From the NCBI GenBank assembly GCA_000708835.1, contig DF237175.1, positions 1 through 64,000 of the forward strand: a stretch of 64,000 bases of DNA. The letters are read 5' to 3'. The number at the start of each line of letters is the position of its first letter. Within the stretch, counting starts at the first letter, position 1. The notes beneath the pieces were generated by a model. That model searched no databases and was not told the DNA's origin. It saw only the letters and a list, made by a program, of their open reading frames with translations. The stretch comes from Klebsormidium nitens. Taxonomy: Eukaryota; Plantae; Klebsormidiophyceae. Shown here one piece after another: positions 13,743 to 25,200 of the stretch. A program made the position numbers and the translations under genes.

Positions 13743-16700
13743 ATGGGAAGTGGCACAGCAAAATGGGCCAAGGACGCGTTCGCAGGGGGCACCGCGGGCC
13801 TTGTCGTGCACACCGTGGTGGCCCCCCTGGAAAGAGTGAAGCAGCTGCTGCAGGTGCGTGGTGTGTCTCATCCACCCATCATTCTGTTTTGAAAGCTTCC
13901 TCCTCGCATGTCTGTGCCTTCCGTTTATGAGATCGAGTAGCGCACACTCAATTTATTCCCCCTTGTGAGCAAGATTTTGCCCAGCAAAGTAACTTATCGC
14001 GGCCGCAAGTTGTATACATGCATAAATCCTGTTGTCGACAGAGTTTGAATGCAAATAAATCTTTGAAGCACCTCAGGTTGGCCACGTTTTGAGAGGTTGA
14101 ATCTGGCTGTAGTGTCTCTTTATGTATATTTAGTTGTTGTTACAAAGAGGACATCAAGAGCCTAGATTCAAGAGTTTTGATACAAGCAGTAGCTTGGGTC
14201 TGTCAGCAATGTTGGTTGCGTTTTTGGAAGACAACTATTGGGTAAACTTAAGAGGGGCTGAATGGAAACAGATCCAGCCACAGAACTTGCAAAGAGCTGT
14301 AAGAAAGGCTAGTCTTGGTCTCTGTTGAGTAGTATTTCTAGCAGCCGCTTCGGGGAGCAACATTACAAAAGGCTGAAGCTTCTTGTGTCATGCGATGCAG
14401 ACCCAAGACTCCAACCGACGGATACGGCTTGGCGAAATTCCACGATACAAAGGCATAGTGGACTGTTTTCAGCGCATTGTCAAAGATGAGGGAGTTGCGG
14501 CCCTTTGGCGAGGGAACTTCAGGTGGGCTGTCACTTTCCAATTGCATAACATTCAACAGACATAATATGAGGCGCTTTTCATCGTTGCTCTCCAAAACAG
14601 TCGACCGGACTTTTCGATTGCAAGATAAGCTGAATCTAACCACAGATTCTGATTATCATTTTTGGCCAAAGCAGGGTTCAAAGTCAGCCAGAAAGTGTGT
14701 CCCCCACATCAGGTTCTGGATGTCGTCAATGTTGCAATTGATGGTGACCCTCCAACATACTTAAATCGTACAAGCCAAGCCAACCATGTAATCTAGGAGA
14801 AGTCTGCAAGTTCCCATGAGCCTTAAGCCTCACGGTCGATCTTGAGGCTGACAAAGTCCGAACTTTTCGCCGCAATTTCGAACATGTCATTTCTAAAGAT
14901 CTTGTGTCGTCAACCTTCAGTTTCCAGTCCCTTTGTATTTGGGGGCTCCTTCCTTCATGTGCTTGCTCTTCTTTGGTCTCTGTTTCCGACCTCGTCACAC
15001 TTTTCTCGTCATCATGTCCTTCTGCCACTTTGTGTCGCTCCAAAGCTTATGCTGGTTCTTCATAAGTGGTATGATTCGCTGAAAGATGCGTTCTTTTCGG
15101 TGCAGTGACCTGTACCGTTACTTCCCGAACCAGGCGCTGAGCTTCGCCTTCAAGGAGCAGTACAAAACGCTCTTCAACCGTTACGACCCCAAGACTGAGT
15201 TTGGCAAGTACTTCGCTGCGAATCTGGCGGCAGGAGGAGCCGCAGGGACTTCCGCACTCGTCATTGTAAGCACTCAACTGCGTTTCGACAACTTATCTTG
15301 TTTCTGTTGCCCTTCATGTTCCTTTGTTCGTTGCCTTGCTTTTTGTCCTCCTTCCTTTTTAGCATCTCCGTACGGATTGCAGGATTACTGACCCCAGTCA
15401 GTTGTGGAAAGGAGGCGATTTTTGTCGCACACACCTGCTGTCACAAAAATCATCCCCAGATTTGTTCCTTGATATCCAACTCCCAGTACTTGTTATACAG
15501 GACCAATGTATCGAGTATGCAGTACTCTCACTTTACGCCCCCCTTGTTCACCTTCAGATTCATCCCCTGGACGTGGCGAGCACGCGCATCACCGCTGACA
15601 TCGGCACCCATGCCACCCGGCAGTTCCGCAACATCTGGGACGTGCTGTACCACGTCTACAGGCAGGAGGGGGCGCGGGTGAGCCAGTTCACATCGTAAAT
15701 AAGGAGGTGCGAGGTTGAGTGCACTTACACCGAAAGGTTGGTGCCTTTTTTAGCTCGTTCAGAACCAGAAGGCGCCTGCCTGATCGTTGCGCGGAAGGAA
15801 GGTCAACAATATCACTTGTCCGACGACTTTTAATGTCCTGAGGGTGCCTGGTCGGCTTTGCCCTCCGTCTACGGACAGAAAATGCTGGTTGAACGAGGGC
15901 TACAGGTAGTGAAAGTCGCTACTCGGCGGACCTTTACGATAAACCGTCAGATGGTGCGAAGCAGACCTTCGTTCAGGATCGTCGTACAAGGCACGGATTG
16001 GATGTCTGAAATATGTCACCGATCGTGCCAACAAGCATTCGGATCCCGGTTACCACTCTGAACAAGTTTTGACGTCCTGTAGAAGTCAGCAACTACCACT
16101 CTGCAGAAATTCAAAAGGATCGAAAGACGAACAGCCAAAGTCTGCACACTTCGTTATGATTCCTCGCATCTCCGACTATTTCCTCCTCTCGACCGCGTCT
16201 CGCCAGGGTCTGTACCGCGGTCTCTTGCCAACGGTCGAGGGGATCTTCGTGTACCGCGCCTGCTACTTCGGCACGTTCGACACCGCCAAATGGGTCCTCT
16301 TCGAGGATCCGGAACGGCCGCCGTTTTGGAAGAACTTTCTCCTCAGCCAGGTGAGCAGTCAAAATTGTGAACGGGTCAAGTGCCTGAAATCAATAGGAGG
16401 ACCGCCTGTTCTGAAGATGTAGTTTGGGCAATCAAGCATTTGTGGGATGAGAGATATTGTGCAAACTGGCGGCTGGAGATTGGTCACTTAGGCAGAGCCG
16501 AAGCGAGGCTTTCTTGTGACGTTCTGAAGACGGTTGTGTCGGAGGAGTATGGCAGCTGTGAAAAACCAGCGATCCCGAAGAAATGGAAAAGACAGAGTTG
16601 TCGACACCGAATTTTCCTAATCAAGACCTAGTCTCCTTTGCTATGAGGCGCAACAAGCAATCCACGAATGCCGACGGACAGTTGCGAGAACGAAAGTCGG

Positions 16701-17288
16701 CTAGCGAGGCAAGAATCAAGCAGAAATGACCAGATCACAAACGGTTGACCCTTCCTTTGCAGGTGACGTCAGTCGTCTCCGCGTTTGTCGCTTATCCGTT
16801 CGACACGGTGCGGCACCGGTTGATGATGCAGTCCGGGGAGCAGTCGCAGGTGTGAACACGCACCGTTTCGAGCCTTCGACTGACTGGACGTTTCCTCGCT
16901 ATAATAGGGCCCGAAGTGCAGCCTGGTATGTCGCACAGGCCGCGACAGCTCGTGGCAGCACATTCCTGACACGTCACCACAGATCCCGGTTTGTGTTGGC
17001 AGAAAGGCTTCAACGCGAGCTTTATTGGATGATGAAAAAGCTTATCGAACGATGCAGACACCAGGAGGCTCATTCACCAGTGTATGCAGGGCTCTCGGGC
17101 CTGCTTCTCGCAAAAACGCCTCTGAGAGTGTTGTCTGACTGCAGGAGTTCAGCAGCACGCGCGACTGCTGGGGGACGATCTGGCGCAAGGAGGGCATCCG
17201 CGGATTCTACCGCGGGTGGAACGCGAACGTGCTGCGGTCAGCGGCCGCGGGATCGACGCTCGTGTTGTACGACGAGGTCAAAAGCTGA
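13743..17288 (+). CDS. Mitochondrial-carrier-family adenine nucleotide transporter, PM-ANT1 (At5g56450)-like, 295 aa, 7 exons
   Basis: Exons 13743-13853, 14401-14522, 15106-15265, 15558-15677, 16207-16350, 16763-16849 and 17145-17288, all GT-AG and in phase. Carrier motifs APLERVK, RYFPNQALSFAFKE, HPLDVAST, GIFVYRACYFG, YPFDTVRHRLMMQSG and VLYDEVK. VVHTVVAP and LLQTQDSN resemble PM-ANT1 as I recall it, rather than mitochondrial AAC. Confidence 0.9.
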
Positions 17289-18460
17289 TGGCTGACTGGG
17301 GGGAGCGGTAATTGAGTCGGAAAGATGCCGCCTTGTGCAGCCGGGAAGGACAGCTGCTTTGTCGGTCGCTTTCACCAGGGGGCTTGCAAACAGCTCCGGT
17401 CTGCAACGCCTGAAAAGACCACGTAGCTCGGCTTTGGAAAGGTGATGAGAAAGGAAGGGCAGAAAGGATTGGATGGGAGGAAACAGGACGGTGACAGGAA
17501 ACGGGAAGATGTAGAATGGGTTAGAGGAGGTCCGGGGAAGTTTACTGGCTCTGCGAAGGCTTCATTTGATAGCGATCGAAGGTCCTCCGCTTTTATTGAA
17601 GCATGATTTTGGAAGATTATACTAGTAGCTCGGCGGTTTGGGTTTCCTTTGGGAGGGGCTCAAGTCCGTCGGCACGATTTATTGTGGTCTAAGATTTCGT
17701 AGAGTAGCAGAAGATTCCATATTGTAAGCGTACGGGTTCGCACTGATTGCAATAAATGTGGTCAGATCACTTGGTCCATAAATAAATCCCGGTCAGCTTG
17801 GGCGCCTTGATATGACAAGATCATCAGGGCGGGCTAGTCTGCGCGGCTTCGATCCCACATTACAATCATGATTGCACCGGTGCGACTAAGCGTGAAGTCG
17901 CTCGTCTTCAGCAGCTATCAAAGTCCAGCACGCGTACATCAAATTCTTTTCTGGTCTGCAGAAGAATCTCGATCGGTAGGTCACATGCATTGGCCCGATG
18001 CAACGACGGGTAGGCCGTCTATAAAGCTTTGAGCTATACCGTTCTGAGCTAGCTGCCGATTGCGATGCTATAGTCACAAGTACTAAGACATAAAAGAATG
18101 CTTTTGCCATAGATCTGGCAAAGTCGAGCAACTAATGCAAAAGTATTTTGTGCACAAAGGTGCAAACAATGATAAGGATGAAAACGGTTCAACCTGCATG
18201 GTAATAATGGAATCCAGGCTTGCCCTCGTCGAATCATTGGTCCTGCTATTACTTTGAAAATGTAACCCTTTTACAAGCCGCCAGATCTTCTATCGGACCA
18301 ACTTTGCCGCTCAGATCTAGTCTAAGCATCCCCAGAAGTGTTCATCCAATCTGGGATCGGACCTCTTCAAACATTTGATTCAACATGACCAGATGCTCTG
18401 GCCTGTACCAAACCCTGCCTGATGTTGATTTTTAGAAACCCTCAGCCAAGTCTTCGTGGC

Positions 18461-19841
18461 CTACAGACTAAGTACAGAACAAATGTCCAGCTCCGGAATA
18501 TGTTTGAAGTCCGTGCGGAAGTATGCAACGATGCCTGCTAGTTGGTCTGCTCGAGCTCCTTCTACTGTGACCTGCTTCTACTGTGACCTGGAGTCTCTGC
18601 AGATTGGGCATCGCTTCGCAAAGGGATCGGAGCGTAAAGTACGACTCAAATCTACTGACCTCCCCAATCTGCAAGTGCCTCAAGCTCGAAAGCACGTGAC
18701 CTTCCAGGGAATCTGACAATTGAAGAGCAGAAAAGAACGATTCATCTAAGCTCAGCGTCCTGATACCAGAAGGCAGCTGCGACAGAAACCTTCCGACCGG
18801 AATGTCCGTACATTCTATAGCACTGTCAAGAGTCACGGTCAGGGTCTCCAAAGAAGGACATTGCCGAAGAATTGGCACCACACGCTCTGTCCAGCTGTCC
18901 ATGTTTTCCACGCAAAATCTCCTAAGGCGAGCACAAGGCTGAACAAAGATCACTTGGTGCTGCAAGCCTTCCATTTCAAGCTTCAAGATTTGCAAGGCTG
19001 GGGTATCCAGCTTGAGACTTTGGCAACCAGCGTCCAGGCTTAGCAAATTGGGTGCCTGAATGTCAAGAGATAAGGGTCCGCGAGAAGTGGCCAATTCTAG
19101 AACTTTCAGCGTGTGAGAGTTGACGACTATAGAAGCATCTTCATCTTGGTCCTCATCTGACTCGGACTCAGAGCCCTCATCTTGGATGCTGAACGTTTTT
19201 GCCTTCAAAGTCTCAATTTGGATGCACCTGTGTAGCAGATTCTTGAAGGCTGCAAGGGCTATAGTCGCCCGTGAGAGGTCCATGTGCTTCAAGGACCAGT
19301 TAGGAGCCTGCATCAGCTTCTTGAAAACAATAAGACCATAGGGCATCGGAGAAACGCGGAAGGTTTCGATGCTTGACCCCGAAAGAAGGCTCTCCACCAT
19401 ATTCTTGCTTGGTTCCGGATCTGCAAAAATGGACTTGACTCATGGGATCCCCCCATTCAAGCCTGTGTTGATGCAGAAGACGCTGACACATTTTGGTAGA
19501 TGCTTGAGCATCGTGCTTGAAGAGATGAGGTGATGCGGAACTCCTTCGTGGCTTTGGCTGACGAGCAAGTTCAGTGTCTCCACAGAGAAGCACTCATGTT
19601 TTAGGAAAGTTATTAGCCCACGCCCCTCCGCTTCGCTTCTCAGGGGCCAGTCCAAGCTCTTGACCTGATGCGTCAAGTTCTCAAAGCGCCGGCACACCAG
19701 CTGCGCTCGAATGAGCTCCTTTGCGGTTTCGAAACGGGCTTCAGGACGCAGATTGTCTTGAACGTGAGCGCCAACAAAATCCAGGATGGAAATGACCAAC
19801 TCGTCTGGCAGCACATCGAATGTAGTTACTGAAGGGGCCAT
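18461..19841 (-). pseudogene. Intronless F-box/LRR-like gene with an in-frame TGA and a 16-bp frameshifting tandem duplication
   Basis: F-box motif FDVLPDELVISILDFV...AQLVCRRF. ORFs 19440-19841 and 18468-19400 are in the same frame, separated by one TGA plus 13 sense codons. LRR-like segments include LRQCPSLETLTV and MPNLQRLQV. CTTCTACTGTGACCTG is repeated at 18559-18574 and 18575-18590; removing one copy restores a plausible C-terminus ending at 18461. Confidence 0.75.
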
Positions 19842-22254
19842 CGTGGCTTCTGTTCCTAGATATCTGAGTAACTAATATCAGCGGTAGTTACTGATATGCC
19901 GCTATGCCCACAGCTTGATAGCTTACTTGCGTGGAAGGGAGGGTCACTAGCAGATGAGCAAAATCTTACCCTCTCACTTGACGATCCACAATCTAGTCTA
20001 GAATAACCGCGCCCCTTACTCCCTGGCCCCTTTTCCTGGAGATGAAGCATTTTCTGCATGTGCACGCTGCTTCGATGCTGCTAAGAGGATGCGACTGCAC
20101 TTGAACAACAGCCTGGACAGAAAGCACCTGCTTGCGAGTACTTATGTAGGTCTAAAGACCAGAGCCTTAGGCATAGCTCTTGTGATATGAATTTAATGAT
20201 ACGACTGCATCACAAGTATCTAACGGGCGAGTGTTAGCGAAAAGGTAAGGGTTACAATAAGTTCCGACCATCGAGATTCCAAAACTTCGGTTGTGAACGT
20301 CGGTCCAGGCGGAGTCCGCTGCTTCCCGGCGGATTCCGCTGCTTCTCAGCGGGCTCGACAGCTCGACTTGGCCATCATCCACCGCGCGCCCGCGCCTCGG
20401 GCGCGTGGCAAAACCCTGGGCAATCTGAAGCATGACGGTGACGTTGCGTCACCCTGGGGAAGATGCTACATAAAGATTGTAGAGCCTCATACCAGCGTCG
20501 GTGTAGCATCTCAACCAACTTGAACAGCTGAAACGGGACGTCTGAGCCCGCCTAAGCATAATGATGTCGGTTCAACTCCGGCCGCCGACCTACCCAGTTT
20601 GTGATTCTCTTTTTCATTGCTTTCTATTGTCTTGCTTGCGGCAAGCACCGTCCGCTTTCAGGTCCCATATTCGTTCCACTTTTGGTCCCGGACGAACTTT
20701 CTCGAAAGAGAGGCTCTCATTGCTTAGAGCCGCGCGCGAGCGCTGTACACCGGTCAAGCCAAATAGTTCGCTCCTTTTTCTTTGTGCTGCCGGCTGTACC
20801 CGGCCCATCCTTCTTATCCTTGTACATCTTGTTCAAAATAGTCACTATTAGGACGTCTACATGCTTTTCTCTGCGAAACTCCAGCGCCAGATTCGAAAGC
20901 CGAGTCGCTGAACTGTTCCATTGAAAAACGCTGGTATATGTTGTCTGTAAAGATGTAGCTGTGAATTCTGACCCAAGTTGTATCTGATGCTGCGTGGAAA
21001 GAGATCATTGCTCAAGTGAGCCAATCAAGGACTCCACCAGTCATCTCCTCTGCTTATCAAAGCTGAAAAAGTTGCACAAGATCATGATTCACCGACTAAG
21101 ATTTGGGCAGCATTGTTACGGCAAGCCCGTAAAATCAGAGCAATCGCCAGAGCAGAGTAGAAGCAAGCGTATCCACGGCTTCGTTTCTTTCAGTGCTTAG
21201 TACAAAGCAAGATAAAAATTCAGGACTTCCTTATAGATATCAACAAATTGTCTGAGGAGGACATTTTCTCATTTACATTTCGGAGTCCTCGATTTCCCGA
21301 TTGGTGTGATTATACCAAAGGCACGACACACTGAGATTTAAAAGGATTGCACACTCGTCAGCACCTTTCGGTCGTTTTAAGGCACACTTTGAGCCATCCA
21401 ATGCTTGACTTATACCTCATAATATCCATTTACCCGCAGGATTTATCAAACTCCAATCATGTCCATCTGCGGCTAGCACGGAATCCAATCGCATATCGAT
21501 ATGTGCGACGTCGACTTGAGGCGCGAAACCAATTGCATCCAAGTTTTGTAAAGTATCACGGAACAAGAATGAGAACAAGCATTTGACAGAAGGTTCTCAG
21601 CCACCCGTTCGCTATCAGTCGTACGTAAACAACTGGATACATGGCCGTTCGTGCCACGTCTACACACCTCCATGATGCTGCAAATTTCTCAGAACTTCAG
21701 AACGTTCTCTATCTGCTGACCTGCTGTTGCCACTTGACAACTCTACATCCCGTTTGGAAATCAATGATTCAAGCTGTTGTATACAAATACTTCAGTCTGC
21801 TTTGCTGCTACTCCTTCGCTCGGGGTCTGTGCACGTGCTTAATGCCAGTAGGCGGAGCCTTCTTATTCTCGACTAAAAGCGACGGGAAAATGCTGTCTTA
21901 ACTGTCTTAAGCTGCGCGGCATGTATCTGGCGTGCACAATCCGTCTTCCTGTTTCGGTCCGTCCTAGTTAATGCAGTCTCCTTTCGGAATCATGCTCGTC
22001 AGAGCAACGGCTTCTCCGATCTGGACGAAAGACAACGCTGCGTTAGTGTGAGTGGTCAAACAACTTTAGAACAAGAATTCAGGACCCTTGAACATCCGAC
22101 TCTGGTCGAGAATTACGTATGCGCGTCCGCTTCGTTGGTTTCACCGAGACTGATTCAGGACGATCCAAAGATTGTACGAAGAAGCGTGATTTGCAATCAG
22201 CTTTTAAAGAAAGTTCAAATAAGATTCGTACAAACGACGACATAAGGGGACGCA

Positions 22255-25200
22255 TCAACCCCGCAAGCGCTTTGGAGGGCGTAACTGTGTCTCGTCTGAA
22301 GCTGCCAATATCAGAGCCCGGCGCTCCTGTGTAGACCAGAGCGCCCGACGCAAGAAAGTAGAATGCATTACAGGCGGATGTACTTTGTAATATACTATGC
22401 CAGCTCAAGTACACGCGCTCTTGAGAAGAGCCCAAAAGGGCAGTGAGCAATAAGTGGGCAAGGCGATTCAGTCCAGCCGCCTCGCAAAGGCTTTCATTCC
22501 GTGACCGAAAGCGCATCATCACGAGAACCGTAAAGAAAAGCGAGTTGCAGACTCACCCCCATGTTTGCGGTGAAGAACTGGCAGTCGAGGGGCCGGGGCG
22601 CCGGGAGGGGCTGGTAACACCCGGTGGCTGGCTCGAAGTAGCGCCGCTGGTAGTCCCGGCCGGGAGCTAGTGTGAATTGGACCGAGCCCCCGTCGGGGGT
22701 GAAGACCAGGTGGCCGGCAAGCGAGCAACAGGGGCCGGGGCTGTGTAGCTGGGACGACGCGCTGGCGTTCTGCAAAGACGGGTTGGAAGGACCTGAAAAC
22801 TCAGAGTGATAAGTGCTTTGGTTTCAATCAAGCACGTCCGAAGTTGATTACTTCGTGGATCTAGGTGTTGATGATTGTGTAGGGAAGGTAGTGTATGTAA
22901 AGACCAGAAATGGAGTCGAGGGCTTGAAATGTAGTCAGCTATCTCTTACGCAGACGGTAAAGATCAAAACCGGCTCCTTGTTCAGCCGGGATCACGGGTT
23001 CTGAAAAATAGTTCAGAGTGACTTTAGCGTCAACTTCGACCCTCTACTCAAAAATCTGGAATTGAGACCAGAACCAATGAAGGCAACATATAGGCAATCC
23101 AATTTTCTGCTTTGAAATGGGCCCTCCCATCGCTTCTCGGCCCCAAAGACGCCGTTTTTTTAAGCATGAAGGCGATGTAGTCCTCACCTCGAAATTCAAA
23201 TACACGATTGTCCCAGTCCCCGCAGCTTGCACCAGCGCCTCTTGCGTCATTTCTATCGCCACGGGGGGTGCCTTCGCCTGCGGAATCTGCCCCCCCGGAT
23301 GGAATGCGGAGAACGCCCGCTGGACCTGAGCCCCAAAACCCGCATGCGCAACAGACGCCCCACCGAACCTCGTTGGGCTCCCCTGACTCGGTGGGAATAC
23401 GCCCCCCTGATTGAGTGAGAATCCGCTCCCCTGCCCAGGTGCGAGTGCGCCCGCCTGCCCTTGCGTGAATAAGTTCCCCTGTCCTTGTCCAAGGAAGCCT
23501 CCCTGACTTTGTGTGAACCCGCCCCCATATGAGCCCCCTTGGCCCATCCCAAACCCAACTCCTTGACCCGATGCAAAAGCGCCCTCCTGACCTGGCGCAA
23601 ACGCGCTCCCGTGACCGGACAAAAATGCGCTCCCTGGATTTGGCGGGAGGCCGCTTCCCAGCGTGTAACCGCCGGGCCTTTCTCGCAATAACGGGTTACC
23701 AAACCCGCTTTGATAACCCGGGGCGAACGCGCTCTGCGCGATGATCCTGGAAGTCGGCGACATTGAAGAAAACCGGTTTGGAGAACCCTCTGGTTGGGAA
23801 TACTGTGATCCATGTCCTAACCCGCTCATGGGCCCCCCGAACCCGAAGCTTGGGTTACCGTTACCTCCGCCACCAAACCCGCCCGCGACCGAACCGAACG
23901 GACCGAAACCCTCGCGCTCAAATGCGCGCGCACTGGGACTGGCGAAGCTTCCGCCGGGCATTCCGGCCGGGGTGGACGGAAGCGCAAAACCGGTTATCGA
24001 GGCACCCGGGCTAGGTGCCATGTACGGGTCCGTTCGACTCATAACCGGGCTACTGGGCGCTTTCTCCGCGTCAGAAGCACCGCTAGAGCTTCGGCGCCGC
24101 AGTGAGGCGGAGCTCTTCTTGCTGGAACTTCTAGAGGTGCGCGCGTCGTCGTCCGCGTCGGCGGACCCTGAGCGCGCGCGGATGCGCTCGCGCGACGCCG
24201 ACCGTGGCTTCGCGCCGACGCGGCAGAGCGCGGCGCAGCACTGGAAGCACATGGAGAAGATGCCCAGGCGGTACATGACGACGAGGACGAAGAGGACTGC
24301 GGGGAGGGAAAGGCGTGAAGTGATTTTCCAGAGAAGCGAACTCGGATCGCCCAACCTATCCTCGGATAACCTTCATTTAATCTTGCTCCGATCCCTAAGC
24401 GCAACTGGGAAAAGACTTGAATGGATGTAGCGAGCGTTCTTTTTAAGTACGTCGGATCGCTGCTGTATAGTAAAAATAGACGAGTCCTGGATTCCAAGGC
24501 TGCTGCGTCGATGTTTGTTTTTTAAGAGGGAACCAAAAGAGTTCTGAAAGGTCTTGAAAGCTAGGAAAGCTGGAGAATACGTCACGGTGCGCTCACCTGC
24601 GATGATTGTAATCATGAGGCCGATGAAGGACACGATACGGCTCCAGCAGCCGGTTAGGAAGGCGCAGGAGACGCTGAAGATGGAGGGGCACAGCTGCCTG
24701 GACATGACAAGGAGGAGCGATTGTGGGTTCGATTTCCTCCATAAGTCACAGACAGTCTTCAAATCACCGCTCAGAGATAGTACTCAGATCACCGGTAGTG
24801 TGAGGATAGCCCGGATTCAAATCACCAATTGGTTCTGCGGAGACGGCAGTTGGAAAAGTCCGCCTGGGAATTGGCATAACCAAGGGATCCCCTTGCATAG
24901 AAGGGCTGGGGTGAGATGCGCCAGAAGGGAATTTTCTCGTGTACCGTATTGATAAGTTAGGCAGGGAACGAGCAAAAAGTGTAGTCCAAATACACTCCTG
25001 CAAATGCTCGGTCACCAGGTTTTTTTGTCACCTTACAAGTAGGACGTTTCTGCAACCTCCAGGACACGGCTAAAGGACTCCCAAGAAACATATAGCAAAG
25101 CGGGATTGATCTTCGTGCGTAAAGCTATCAGTTCATCGATGTCTTAGAGACGACAAGATTTTGATACTGCAGAAGAAAGGGAGATTCCGCAAATCGAAGC

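Noticed and set aside
19440-19442. Selenocysteine or programmed readthrough at the F-box TGA
   Set aside because: No SECIS or readthrough context was seen, and a second disabling lesion in the same gene favours pseudogenisation.
20167-20924. Several 65-107 aa ORFs and a short CGCGCCCG/CGGGCGCG hairpin
   Set aside because: No recognisable motif or coherent splice structure.
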